Program-made: the position numbers and the translations under genes | Notes under the pieces: model-generated | Told to the model about the DNA's origin: nothing | The model's input: only the letters and a program-made list of their open reading frames with translations | The model's database searches: none | Shown here: positions 10,143 to 19,915 of the stretch, in pieces | How the letters are laid out: every line of letters begins with the position of its first letter | How positions within the stretch are numbered: position 1 is the first letter of the stretch | Assembly (NCBI GenBank): GCA_964371625.1 | Contig: CAYJMP010000002.1 | Location: 197,034-261,033, forward strand | DNA: 64,000 nucleotides | Origin: an uncultured Ignavibacteria bacterium | GTDB lineage: Bacteria; Zixibacteria; MSB-5A5; WJJR01 | Direction: 5' to 3'

Positions 10143-11948
10143 ATGTATATGGACCAGAAACGCATCCGAAATTTTTCCATTATCGCCCACATCGACCATG
10201 GCAAGTCGACATTGGCCGACCGTCTCCTGGAGATGACCCACACGATTGATGTCCGCAAAATGCGCGAGCAGGTCCTGGACAACATGGACCTCGAACGCGA
10301 ACGCGGCATCACAATCAAGTCGCATGCCATTCGCATGAACTACCGCTCCAACGCGGGCGAAGACTTTGTCCTGAACTTGATCGATACACCCGGCCACGTA
10401 GACTTCAATTATGAAGTCTCACGCGCCTTGTCGGCTTGTGAAGGCGCAATCCTTGTTGTCGATGCCGCGCAGGGTATCCAGGCACAGACAGTCGCCAACG
10501 CGTATCTCGCCATCGAGGCCGGCCTGACGATTGTGCCGGTGTTGAACAAGATCGACCTGCCTTCCGCCGATCCTGACCGCCACGCCGAAGAGGTCGGCAA
10601 ACTGCTCTCTTGTGACCCCGATGAAGTCTTGCGCGTCTCAGCCAAGTCGGGCTTGAATACCGATTTGCTGCTCGAAGAGATCATCAAACGCATCCCGCCG
10701 CCGTCTGGAGATCCGAATGCTCCAATGCGGGCCCTGGTGTTCGATGCGGCGCACGATCTCTATCATGGGGCCATTGTCTACGTGCGCGTTGTCGATGGAA
10801 CGTTGAAAGCCGGCGACCACATCCGGTTCTTCTCGCATCCCGATGTCCATCCGGTCGAAGAGACCGGAATCATGCAAATGCGTGCGATCCCGCGCGAAAC
10901 GCTTGGCGCCGGCGAAGTCGGGTACATCCTGGCCCACGTGAAAGACATCCATGAAGCCCGTGTCGGCGACACAGTCATAAACTCCGATAATGCCGGAGCC
11001 GAACCACTTCCCGGCTTTCGCGCGATCAAGCCGATGGTCTTTTCCGGTCTTTACCCAGCAGACTCCGACCAATATTCCGATCTGCGCGTGGCGCTGGATA
11101 AATTGCGACTCAACGATGCCTCGCTGTCATTCCAGCCGGAACGATCTCTGGCGCTCGGATTCGGGTTCCGCTGTGGTTTTCTCGGCCTGTTGCACTTGGA
11201 GATTGTGAAGGAACGGTTGGCGCGTGAATTCGATCAGCCGATTGTCGCCACTGTCCCGAACGTGGAGTATCGAATCCACATGACCAACGGTGAGGTCCGC
11301 ACGATCGACAATCCCGCCGACATTCCGCCGCGCGGGCAGTATGAGGCGATCGCCGAGCCGTACGTGCGCGCCCACATCGTCTGCCCCTCAGAGGCGGTCG
11401 GCACAGTCATGACTCTGGCAACTTCCAAACGCGGCAACTACATCAATACCGAATATATCGGCGACCGTGCCCGGCTGATCTTCGACTTCCCGTTGGCCGA
11501 AATCATCTTTGAATTTTATGACCGCCTCAAGTCCGTCACCCGCGGCTACGGCTCGCTCGACTACGATTTCCTCGAGTACCGCGAAAACGCCCTCGATAAA
11601 CTGGAAATCCGCCTGGCGGGCGAGACGGTCGATGCGCTCTCATCGGTGGTTCACCGGGATAATGCCTACCGGATCGGACGCAAGCTTTGCGAAACGCTTA
11701 AAGAGCTGATTCCCAGACAGCAATTCGAAGTCATCATCCAAGCCGCGATCGGCGGCGGCAAACCCATTGCGCGCGAGTCGGTCAAGCCCCTGCGCAAGGA
11801 TGTCATCGCCAAACTCTACGGCGGCGACGTGACCCGCAAACGCAAGCTCCTCGAGAAGCAAAAAGAGGGGAAAAAGCGGATGAAGCGTGTGGGAAAAGTC
11901 GACGTCCCGCCTGAAGCGTTCCTCGCCGTCCTCAAGATCAGTGATTGA
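10143..11948 (+). CDS. lepA: Translation elongation factor 4 (LepA)
   Basis: GTPase motifs AHIDHGKST, DTPGHVDF, NKID; LepA-like C-terminus; start placed at internal ATG (MYMDQKRIRNFSIIAH) rather than the ORF-track start at 10071. Confidence 0.9.
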   Translation: MYMDQKRIRNFSIIAHIDHGKSTLADRLLEMTHTIDVRKMREQVLDNMDLERERGITIKSHAIRMNYRSNAGEDFVLNLIDTPGHVDFNYEVSRALSACEGAILVVDAAQGIQAQTVANAYLAIEAGLTIVPVLNKIDLPSADPDRHAEEVGKLLSCDPDEVLRVSAKSGLNTDLLLEEIIKRIPPPSGDPNAPMRALVFDAAHDLYHGAIVYVRVVDGTLKAGDHIRFFSHPDVHPVEETGIMQMRAIPRETLGAGEVGYILAHVKDIHEARVGDTVINSDNAGAEPLPGFRAIKPMVFSGLYPADSDQYSDLRVALDKLRLNDASLSFQPERSLALGFGFRCGFLGLLHLEIVKERLAREFDQPIVATVPNVEYRIHMTNGEVRTIDNPADIPPRGQYEAIAEPYVRAHIVCPSEAVGTVMTLATSKRGNYINTEYIGDRARLIFDFPLAEIIFEFYDRLKSVTRGYGSLDYDFLEYRENALDKLEIRLAGETVDALSSVVHRDNAYRIGRKLCETLKELIPRQQFEVIIQAAIGGGKPIARESVKPLRKDVIAKLYGGDVTRKRKLLEKQKEGKKRMKRVGKVDVPPEAFLAVLKISD

Positions 11949-12101
11949 CAGAAACCGCTGTGTTGTGAATCAGGAGGATAGGCATTCCTGCCTGTCTATC
12001 GATTCGCGCGTGCCAATCGCTCACCGAAAGTCCCAAGCGGAGCCGAGGGATTGATTGGCCGCGCGAATCGAATGGGTGTGCGCCGACGTCCCTCGTCGCA
12101 A

Positions 12102-12144
12102 GTGCCCCACAGTTTTGTCCGCCGCAGGCGGACTTGCTGTGGGA
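12102..12144. repeat. 43-bp nested-hairpin repeat, copy 1
   Basis: gtgccccacagttttgtccgccgcaggcggacttgctgtggga; exact reverse complement present at 12297..12339. Confidence 0.8.
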
Positions 12145-12296
12145 CTCATCCAATGAGTAGATTTCCTTATGAATTGATTGCAACTGTTCGCCAATCCAGC
12201 GCAGTGCGTGTGCTCGAGTTTCAATGCGTATCACGGGATGGCGGACATCCCGCTGACGGTAGAGCCGATTCCACTTTGATTTCGCGAATGAGAGAT

Positions 12297-12339
12297 TCCC
12301 ACAGCAAGTCCGCCTGCGGCGGACAAAACTGTGGGGCAC
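12297..12339. repeat. 43-bp nested-hairpin repeat, copy 2 (inverted)
   Basis: Exact reverse complement of 12102..12144; 152-bp spacer between copies. Confidence 0.8.
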
Positions 12340-12465
12340 CCGGCGTTGGCGGACGGCTCTTGCGGGTTACAGCAGTCCCGCTCTTGGCCCACACGGGAAG
12401 TACACCAACGATGAAATGTCAGCAGCCTCGGATTATCAGCCGATAGCGAGGTAAAGGAGACAGTC

Positions 12466-13230
12466 TTGCACACTCAAGGGATTCGCTGCCGAAAGGTAGA
12501 GGAGATAGGGTATCCGAACGTGGCCGCCATCCTCGCCGTCGCACTAGCGGTCTGCCTTTCCTCTTCGTGTTCGGCCGGAGTCGCCAGTCGTCGAGATACG
12601 TTGGCCATGTGGCTCAGCAAGAATGAGACATTGGCTATACCAATTACTCAGGCTCACGTTCTAGCCGACTCGATGCCGGCCGGAATAGTAAACCATGAAG
12701 TCTTCTCACGCGATGAGACGCCCACCCACCTAGCTGGCAGGTGCATTAGTCTGGCGCCACAAGCGAGCGGAGCCGGGTCGTCGACAGGCACTCGCTTCTC
12801 GCTCTGTATATTCAGTGTGCCTGGAATCTTTTATGCCTCTGTATTTGACGAGTTATCTGGTGGGGGCACGATTATCTGGGATACCACGACCACGAATGAT
12901 GTCCTTCAACCTGCCTTCCAGGTCACTCAGTTCGGTGGAAATGGAGATACGTCGCTGACAGTGATCGTATCGAGTCTGGCCGCGGGGCTGGGCGGAATGC
13001 GGAGCTTTGGCCTAATCAATTGGGATGGAAGGATCGCGCGGCTGCTCGGGACGTTCTACGGTACGCAGCTCGATACGTTAGATATGGACAAGGACGGGAT
13101 TGTGGAACTTAAGGTCACCGACATTATAGACTATCAGACACGAATGACGATTGATCGATACTACAAACTCGACCCTATGAAACGTCAATATGAGGTGATG
13201 GAGGTTCATCCTGATTCGTTGCGCAAGTAA
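12466..13230 (+). CDS. Hypothetical secreted protein with N-terminal signal peptide, in an AT-richer segment
   Basis: Long ORF with hydrophobic signal-like N-terminus (VAAILAVALAVCLSSSCSAG); few overlapping spurious ORFs, consistent with lower GC than surroundings. Confidence 0.45.
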   Translation: MHTQGIRCRKVEEIGYPNVAAILAVALAVCLSSSCSAGVASRRDTLAMWLSKNETLAIPITQAHVLADSMPAGIVNHEVFSRDETPTHLAGRCISLAPQASGAGSSTGTRFSLCIFSVPGIFYASVFDELSGGGTIIWDTTTTNDVLQPAFQVTQFGGNGDTSLTVIVSSLAAGLGGMRSFGLINWDGRIARLLGTFYGTQLDTLDMDKDGIVELKVTDIIDYQTRMTIDRYYKLDPMKRQYEVMEVHPDSLRK

Positions 13231-13256
13231 TGGATCACTTCACGCGCGAAGCGCGA

Positions 13257-13280
13257 GTGCCCCACAGCCTTGTTCGCCGC
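13257..13280. repeat. Degenerate third copy of the 12102 repeat
   Basis: gtgccccacagccttgttcgccgc, about 20 of 24 positions identical to the start of copy 1; lies just downstream of ORF 12466..13230. Confidence 0.5.
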
Positions 13281-13402
13281 TTGCCATAAGCACCTTGCCC
13301 TCGCCGGAGTGCAGCCGATTCGGTGTCGACCCTGAACGGCACAGGCACCTGCAGTGGCAGATCATGAAAATGTGAATTAGATTGCGTCGATTGTGCGCGG
13401 GC

Positions 13403-14926
13403 TCACGTCTCCAATTCGGGGATCGGGATTCCCCCGCTCTCATTGGGCTCGTAGACGACGCCGAGATAGTCTTCGGGATTGATCCCTTCGGCGCGAGAAT
13501 CGAGGACTGTGTCGATGTGCAGAAGCGACCCGGGATCGGATTCCTTCTTCTTGACCCGAAGCTCCTTGGCTTTACGCATCGGCGCTCCTTCCGCATCGCG
13601 AATGACGAGCACCTCCGGGGCATAGAGGTCGGCCGAGTCGTTCTTCGTCACAATAGCGACCGAGCCGTCGGACAATTTCACCACCGTGCCAATCGGGAAC
13701 ACGCCGACCACGTGGACAAACGCTTTGAGAATTAGCGGGTCGTACCATTCGCGGCCCTTGTATAGCAACCGCCGGATCGCCTCGTCAGGGCTGATCGTCT
13801 CTTTCTGATAAACTCGTCCCGAGGTCATGGCGTCAAAAGCGTCGCAGACGCTGATAATACGTGAAAACAAATGCAGCGTCCGCGGCCGTGAGAGCTTGGG
13901 GTATCCGGTGAGGTCCATCTTGAGGTGATGTTCGAACGCACCCGCAATCGACAAGCCCGTCTCGGCGTCGAGCGGGCGCATGCTGGCAATCGTGAGCGCC
14001 CCCAACGCCGGATGACGCTTCATCTGCTCCCAGTCATCATCGTTGAAATCTTCGGGCTTGGCGATAAGATCGCGTGACAGCTTGACCTTGCCGATATCAT
14101 GGAACAGCGCGGCCAATCCGAGACTCGCCAACCGTACTCTGTCCATCCCCAATCGCATCCCAACCGCGATCGAATATATGGCCACGTTGACCGAGTGATA
14201 GTAAGTGTATTCGTCGAAGTCCTTAAGTGTCGCAAACTCCAGCAGAATCTCTTCGTCGTGCGCGACTTCATCGATCATCTGGTGCACGACGCGCTGCACA
14301 GCACCTGCATCAAAGGAATTTCGGTCGCGGACTCGTTCCCAAAACTCCTGCACCACGGCTTCCGAACGCTGGAAGAGCGCCTGGGCACGGCGGCGCTTGA
14401 TCGTCGTCGGATCGACGTTCGGATCCATCTTGCGGGCGTCGAGGAACTCGCCCGGGTCTTTGGTTGCCAGGGGCGTAATCGTCACGCGGCCGATCCCAAC
14501 CGCTTTGAATGTCTCTTCCAGTGTCGCGAACGGATCGGTACAGCGGCGGTCGGTGCCGGCCAATGCGAACAACACCTGGTCGATCTCGCTGGCGGGCGCG
14601 TCGCGCGAAATCGTCAATCCGCCCAGACGCAATTCGGCAAACCGCGCGGCAAGCGAACGGCCAAAAGAGAACTCACGGTCGTAGTTGAGCCGCTCCCCGT
14701 TAAAGAAGATGTAGTCGTTCTGATACGTGATCTTGCAGTCGGCGCCGCTCTCGAACAACACTTGCAGCGCTTGGGCAAACTCCTCGCGCCGCGACCGAAA
14801 CGCGTTGTTGTTCTCATCGTACACAGCCGCCGCTCGCCAGGCCGCGTAGAACGTTCGCAGCGCGGTTGTCGCCAAGGCATAGTTGGCCGAACGGGTCGAT
14901 GAGGTCGGAGAAGAAGATTGCGTCAT
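13403..14926 (-). CDS. HD-GYP domain phosphohydrolase (putative c-di-GMP phosphodiesterase)
   Basis: HD motif LFHDIGK and GYP motif HHLKMDLTGYPK; start overlaps upstream gene stop in ATGA. Confidence 0.8.
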   Translation of the reverse strand: MTQSSSPTSSTRSANYALATTALRTFYAAWRAAAVYDENNNAFRSRREEFAQALQVLFESGADCKITYQNDYIFFNGERLNYDREFSFGRSLAARFAELRLGGLTISRDAPASEIDQVLFALAGTDRRCTDPFATLEETFKAVGIGRVTITPLATKDPGEFLDARKMDPNVDPTTIKRRRAQALFQRSEAVVQEFWERVRDRNSFDAGAVQRVVHQMIDEVAHDEEILLEFATLKDFDEYTYYHSVNVAIYSIAVGMRLGMDRVRLASLGLAALFHDIGKVKLSRDLIAKPEDFNDDDWEQMKRHPALGALTIASMRPLDAETGLSIAGAFEHHLKMDLTGYPKLSRPRTLHLFSRIISVCDAFDAMTSGRVYQKETISPDEAIRRLLYKGREWYDPLILKAFVHVVGVFPIGTVVKLSDGSVAIVTKNDSADLYAPEVLVIRDAEGAPMRKAKELRVKKKESDPGSLLHIDTVLDSRAEGINPEDYLGVVYEPNESGGIPIPELET

Positions 14927-16767
14927 TCGTCATCCTCGCTCTCGGCCATATCGGGGGAACTGGCCATTTTGTGCCGCAATGCCAGAGCCGAACGTGCCGC
15001 TTCGGCTACATCGGTGGCGCGGTCTTTGCTCAAGACTTCGAGTTCTCCACGCGCTCCCTGATCGGATGATGCTCCCAGAGCGCGAATGGCCGCGAGACGG
15101 ACCGGCTGCCAACGTGTGCGTTTGAAGAAGGGCGCCCGCCGCGCCAGCCCGATCAAATCCTGCGCCGCCTGTTTGCCGCCCAGGCGCGCATATGTTAAGA
15201 GCAGTTCTTTCATCTCCGCCGGGTCGCGGTCGGGCAAGGTCTCGGGATCGATCTGTGCCTTCAAGTCGCCGACAACTGCCGTGCTCTTGCGCTGTCCGAG
15301 CGCCCGTAGCGCTCGTTTGCGGAGGTCGACATCTGGATCGTTGAGGAACCCCCGCAAGATTCGCTCGGCATCCTCGCCGAGAATGCGCTTGGCGGCGCGC
15401 AGCGTTTCCAAACGAACACGCGCATCAGTGTGTGCTGCGGATTTCTTCAGGAAGGTCACCCCGCGTTCGTTACCGATCTCGCCCAGGATCATCGCTACGT
15501 TGCGCGAGACAAACCACCGCTTGTCATAGATAAACCCGCCGATCAGATCGACCGTCTCACGGCCGTTGGCGATGAGAAAGTCGCAGATCATCATTCGCGC
15601 CGGACGATGCTCGACACTGCCGAGCATGCCGGTGATGGGGGTGATCGCGGCGGTTCCGAAGAGCGAGAGCAGGTCGCGGATCGGCTCGAGGTTGACTTGA
15701 GGGTTGGTATTCAGGTATTGGGACAGGTGTTCGAAATGGCGTTTGTCCGCCATTCTTGTGATTGACCCGTTAATTCGCTGCGCCGCACGCGGCGGGACAT
15801 CGGCCATCAAACCACGAACTTCGATGAGGATTTTGCGCGCCACGCTCCAACGATCCAGGTTCACCGACTGCTCAAACTGTTTCTCCAGCACCGTGACCGC
15901 GTCTTCCAGAGTACGTCCGCCATCCGATGCCCGAATGATCTCCATCAGGATGTCCAATCCCAACGATTCGGCGGCATCGTCAGACTCCGGTCGACAAAGC
16001 TGGGTTATTTCGGATTTCTCCGTGATCGTGAGGGCTGATATGTCGCCGAAAACCTTTAGGACGTGCAAATGCCGCTCGCGTTGTGCGCCGGAGTATGGGC
16101 TGGCTGGCGCGACCGGCGCCGCGACCGTCGCTTCGGTCGGTGCAGCCTCGGGCCCTTCGGGGAGGAGCGAACCTGTAAACTGTTCGTGCGCCGCTGCCAA
16201 CTCGTCGTCGCCAGCCGCATCGATGTACGCGCCTTCGATGACTCGATCAACTGTGTAGTGCTTGATGTGCGGAAACGACGCTTCCCATAACCGGTTGGCG
16301 ACGTCCACCTTCGATCCGATGGCTGCCAACGCCTCCGCCCCGATCTGCAGGAAACGGTCCGCCTCCATCCGGCTCACGCCGATCTCGAATCCGACCTCGC
16401 GGATGCCGTCCTTGAAGAACAGATAGGCGAGATTCTCTTCACTGGCCGCACCTTCGTAGACAGACTGTCCCGATGTCGTGAATGCCGTATCCGAAACCTG
16501 CAGGACAAACGTCCCGTGATCTTCCAGAAGAAGCGTCAACGCATCGAAGAACTTCCCGCGAAATTCATCAGGGAGAGGATTGGATGGTGGATAAAGGCAG
16601 ATGGTCTTGACCGCGCGAGACCACGTCGTGCAGAATTCCCGCACCGACCGCACGGTGCGATCATTGGTGGCCGTCGGTACCCCGCCCGAGATCACCGCCG
16701 GCTTGTCAAAGTCGATGAAATTGCTCTCCACCATGCTATTGTTCTTATCGGCATGAACCCGGGGCAC
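14923..16767 (-). CDS. HEAT/PBS-lyase-type repeat protein; start uncertain
   Basis: C-terminal half contains repeated helical units (...DARVRLETLRAAKRIL, ...DVDLRKRALRALGQ, ...VRLAAIRALGAS); coupled to HD-GYP gene. Confidence 0.55.
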   Translation of the reverse strand: MPRVHADKNNSMVESNFIDFDKPAVISGGVPTATNDRTVRSVREFCTTWSRAVKTICLYPPSNPLPDEFRGKFFDALTLLLEDHGTFVLQVSDTAFTTSGQSVYEGAASEENLAYLFFKDGIREVGFEIGVSRMEADRFLQIGAEALAAIGSKVDVANRLWEASFPHIKHYTVDRVIEGAYIDAAGDDELAAAHEQFTGSLLPEGPEAAPTEATVAAPVAPASPYSGAQRERHLHVLKVFGDISALTITEKSEITQLCRPESDDAAESLGLDILMEIIRASDGGRTLEDAVTVLEKQFEQSVNLDRWSVARKILIEVRGLMADVPPRAAQRINGSITRMADKRHFEHLSQYLNTNPQVNLEPIRDLLSLFGTAAITPITGMLGSVEHRPARMMICDFLIANGRETVDLIGGFIYDKRWFVSRNVAMILGEIGNERGVTFLKKSAAHTDARVRLETLRAAKRILGEDAERILRGFLNDPDVDLRKRALRALGQRKSTAVVGDLKAQIDPETLPDRDPAEMKELLLTYARLGGKQAAQDLIGLARRAPFFKRTRWQPVRLAAIRALGASSDQGARGELEVLSKDRATDVAEAARSALALRHKMASSPDMAESEDDE

Positions 16768-16863
16768 CGAAGATCCCCGGCCGTCTCCCTGACAAGTGCC
16801 AACGGCACCACTATGGGGAGATTCCCATACTGGCTACGGAATGCAATTGACCGCCCCTGCCGG

Positions 16864-18450
16864 ATGAGGCGATCATGCCATTCTATGAGCCGGTGCTTTG
16901 GGGTCACTCTCGCGCTGCTTCTGCTCTTGTCTCCGTCCCTGTCCATGTCGGCCGGGTCGAGAGTGGAGGACATCCCGGTCGATTCTTGGGTCTACGACGC
17001 TCTCTTCGAGCTGTCCGCCCACGGCGATGTACCCCAACTGCTGCTGCACACGCGCCCCCTCTCACGCGGCGAAGTGGCCGATGCGCTGCGGGAATATCGA
17101 ACCCGACATAACACGCTCCTGCTAGGGACAGACATCATCCTTCGCCGCCTGGAAGCGGAATTCCATGAAGAGCTTGCCCCTGATGAGTCGATGATCGGCG
17201 ATCATCGCGTACGTCTCGGCGGCGGACCGACGGCGCGTGTCGATCAATTCCGACATTCAGTCGCCCGCAATCGCATCGGCTTCGACGCCATCGGTTCATT
17301 CACTGTCCTCGACGCCGTCGCAACCCGCCTCCGGGTCCGTTTCGATTCCGATGGTCGGTACGACTCGCAGTTTCACGGCAAGTACTGGAAAGAGAACTTC
17401 ACCGCCTGGGTCGAGCAGGCGGTCACGGTCGCGCGTTGGAAACGCTTCACCGCCGCCTTTGGCCGGGAGTACTGGCGCTGGGGCCCGTCTCGAGATGATG
17501 CCATGCTCATCTCCGACCACTCGCCGCCCTTCAATGGCCTGCGGCTGGCATACCGGGCGCGGAAGTGGGCCTACTCATTCCACGCGACCGTCCTCGATCG
17601 TGTGTTTGTCGCCGCGCAGGACTATGCCGGCGGAATCGGCCAGGAAGGACTGACCAACCGTTATCTCGTCGCCCATCGTCTCGATTGGCGTCCGCGTCAC
17701 AATCTTGAGCTTGCTGCCTCCGAAGTCATGCTCTTCGGCGGCTTTGATAGATCCTGGGAATGGAATTATTTGAACCCCGTCCTCCCTTACTATTGGGAGC
17801 AGCTCAACGACAACACCAACGACAACCCCCTCTGGAACCTCGAACTTTCGTGGCGCATCAGGGATGGGCTGCGAGTCTACGGCGAATGGATGATTGATGA
17901 TTTCCAGATCGACTTTCATTCCGAGCCGCAGCAAATCGGCATCCTTCTCGGCGGCGCTTGGATTCCGGGCGTGTTTGACGGCCGCCTGATGCTCAACGGC
18001 GAGTATCAACGGATCAACACATTCGTCTACGGCCAAGACCGCCCGTGGAATCGCTACTTCCATCACCGCGATCTCGAAGGCGAATCGATCGGCATCGGCG
18101 CAAGCCTCGGGCCCGACGCCGATCGGATCACCTTGACACCTCAGTACAGACTCAGCAAGGATCTCGATCTTGTCGGGCGCGTCAACTATCGGCGCCGGGG
18201 CGAGTATCGCCTGAGCGATCCACAAGCATCTGGCGTTCCCCACGGCACGCCGTTTCCCTCCGGGATTGTCGAACGCGAACTACAACTGGGAGCCGGGGCG
18301 CACCTTCGCTGGCAAGGGCAGATTGTCGCGGATGCGATGCTCGGGTACTATCGAATCGAGAATGTCGCCCATGTCCTGGACACCGATCTCGATGGACTCT
18401 TCTGCCAATTCAAACTCAATGTCCTCTGGTGGAAAACGTTCGGTGTCTGA
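16864..18450 (+). CDS. Secreted/outer-membrane protein, possibly Wzi-like (tentative)
   Basis: Start moved to internal ATG preceding signal peptide (MSRCFGVTLALLLLLSPSLSMSAG) because the 5' ORF extension overlaps the divergent HEAT gene; aromatic-rich beta-strand-like sequence ending ...WWKTFGV. Confidence 0.45.
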   Translation: MRRSCHSMSRCFGVTLALLLLLSPSLSMSAGSRVEDIPVDSWVYDALFELSAHGDVPQLLLHTRPLSRGEVADALREYRTRHNTLLLGTDIILRRLEAEFHEELAPDESMIGDHRVRLGGGPTARVDQFRHSVARNRIGFDAIGSFTVLDAVATRLRVRFDSDGRYDSQFHGKYWKENFTAWVEQAVTVARWKRFTAAFGREYWRWGPSRDDAMLISDHSPPFNGLRLAYRARKWAYSFHATVLDRVFVAAQDYAGGIGQEGLTNRYLVAHRLDWRPRHNLELAASEVMLFGGFDRSWEWNYLNPVLPYYWEQLNDNTNDNPLWNLELSWRIRDGLRVYGEWMIDDFQIDFHSEPQQIGILLGGAWIPGVFDGRLMLNGEYQRINTFVYGQDRPWNRYFHHRDLEGESIGIGASLGPDADRITLTPQYRLSKDLDLVGRVNYRRRGEYRLSDPQASGVPHGTPFPSGIVERELQLGAGAHLRWQGQIVADAMLGYYRIENVAHVLDTDLDGLFCQFKLNVLWWKTFGV

Positions 18451-19351
18451 GCATCCAACCCGCGTCAGCATTCGCACACCTGCCAAGATCAATCTCGGCC
18501 TGCGCGTTCTCGGCAAGCGGCAAGACGGTTACCACGAAATCGAAACTCTCTTCATCGCCGTCTCTCTGTTCGACGAACTGACTTTCGCGCTGCGCGCGAA
18601 TGCCGGTGTCAAACTCACTTGTGAAAAGGGACGCGACGATTTTCTGGCCGGTGACCTGAGCACGGGAGAAGGCAATCTGATCATCCGGGCGGTGCGTGAG
18701 TTCGAACGCGCCACTGGACAGTCGGTCGACATCGATATCCAATTGCGGAAATCGATACCAGTCGCCGCTGGCCTGGGTGGAGGTTCATCCGATGCCGCCG
18801 CGACACTCGTTGCCCTGCGGCTCCTCTTTCCGTCTCTGGCTGAGAAAATCGATCCATCGAATCTGGCGGCGAATCTCGGTTCCGATGTCCCGTTTTTCCT
18901 CGGCAGTCCTGTCGCGATGGGGCGGGGACGCGGCGAGAGGCTGTCTCCCGCGACCATCAATCTAAGTTGGTATGCGATATTGATTTGCCCGCGAATCCCC
19001 AGCCCGACCCGCGATGTCTACGCCGCTTTGGACTTGACTTTGACCCCTAAAATGACCGATTTTCCGTCACGCCTCGAAGGGGATGGCTTTTTCGACGCCT
19101 TGGCGATCATACACAACGACTTGCAGGATGTTGTGGTCCGCCAGATCCCCCAAGTGTTGCATTGGCACAACCGGTTGTTAACACTCGGAGCGGAAGGAGC
19201 GTACGTATCCGGGAGCGGACCCTCGGTCTTCGGGGTCTTCAGGCACGAACCGAACTCGGCTTCACTGGAAGCGATCAAAGCTGAAGGTGCCGACGCGTTT
19301 CTGGTCCGCCCGCTCGATACGCGGATGACAATGGTGATTGGGACATCGTGA
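18419..19351 (+). CDS. ispE: 4-diphosphocytidyl-2-C-methyl-D-erythritol kinase
   Basis: GHMP kinase motif PVAAGLGGGSSDAAA; N-terminal PAKINLGLRV; start could instead be GTG at 18443. Confidence 0.8.
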   Translation: MSSGGKRSVSEHPTRVSIRTPAKINLGLRVLGKRQDGYHEIETLFIAVSLFDELTFALRANAGVKLTCEKGRDDFLAGDLSTGEGNLIIRAVREFERATGQSVDIDIQLRKSIPVAAGLGGGSSDAAATLVALRLLFPSLAEKIDPSNLAANLGSDVPFFLGSPVAMGRGRGERLSPATINLSWYAILICPRIPSPTRDVYAALDLTLTPKMTDFPSRLEGDGFFDALAIIHNDLQDVVVRQIPQVLHWHNRLLTLGAEGAYVSGSGPSVFGVFRHEPNSASLEAIKAEGADAFLVRPLDTRMTMVIGTS

Positions 19352-19384
19352 TGGTTTGTTGCCCGACTGGCCAAGGAGTCACCC

Positions 19385-19693
19385 GTGGTAATCACCGAGG
19401 TACGCGTCACACTCAGGGACGAGGAGAAACTGAAAGCCTTCGCCAATGTGACATTTGATGAAGAATTTGTCATTCGCGGATTGAAAATCATCAATGGCAA
19501 CAACGGGTATTTCGTTTCGATGCCCTCGCGCAAACGGGCCGACGGAACGCACCAGGATATCTGTCACCCAATCAACAACTTGATGCGCGAAAAAATCGAA
19601 AAGGCCGTCTTGGCGGCATACGAAGAGGAACTCAAGTCCGTGGCCGCCGGGAAACCGCGCAGTGCCGCGGAGAGCGACGAACATCGCACGTAA
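19385..19693 (+). CDS. spoVG: SpoVG family protein
   Basis: Characteristic LKAFANVTFDEEFVIRGLKIINGNNGYFVSMPSRK sequence. Confidence 0.9.
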   Translation: MVITEVRVTLRDEEKLKAFANVTFDEEFVIRGLKIINGNNGYFVSMPSRKRADGTHQDICHPINNLMREKIEKAVLAAYEEELKSVAAGKPRSAAESDEHRT

Positions 19694-19785
19694 GCAGAGG
19701 AGATTGGTCCGTCACTTTGGTGTTGCTGAACCCGGCAAAAAACCCCGACGCCGCGAAACAAAGTTCGTAATTTGCTGATCACGTC

Positions 19786-19860
19786 TGGGGCGTAGCCAAG
19801 CGGTAAGGCACGGGCCTTTGGAGCCTGCATTCCCAGGTTCGATTCCTGGCGCCCCAGCCA
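19786..19860 (+). tRNA. tRNA-Gln (anticodon TTG)
   Basis: 75-nt cloverleaf: acceptor tggggcg/cgcccca, anticodon stem cgggc/gcctg with loop cTTTGGa, T-arm ggttcgattcc, 3' CCA; close to the E. coli tRNA-Gln pattern as recalled. Confidence 0.85.
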
Positions 19861-19915
19861 CAAACCCGGCATCGTCCACTATCACCAGCGCCCGTCACCC
19901 GAAGAACTCCGAATC

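Noticed and set aside
11938-12446. ORFs 11938..12339 (minus) and 12051..12446 (plus) sharing peptides VPHSFVRRRRTCCG and HSKSACGGQNCGA
   Set aside because: These are mirror-image translations produced by the perfect 43-bp inverted repeats; no RBS or family signal; treated as a repeat artefact rather than genes.
16516-16863. 5' extension of the Wzi-like ORF (ORF-track start 16516)
   Set aside because: The extension overlaps the divergent HEAT-repeat gene and precedes a clear signal peptide; the internal ATG at 16864 or 16885 is the more plausible start.
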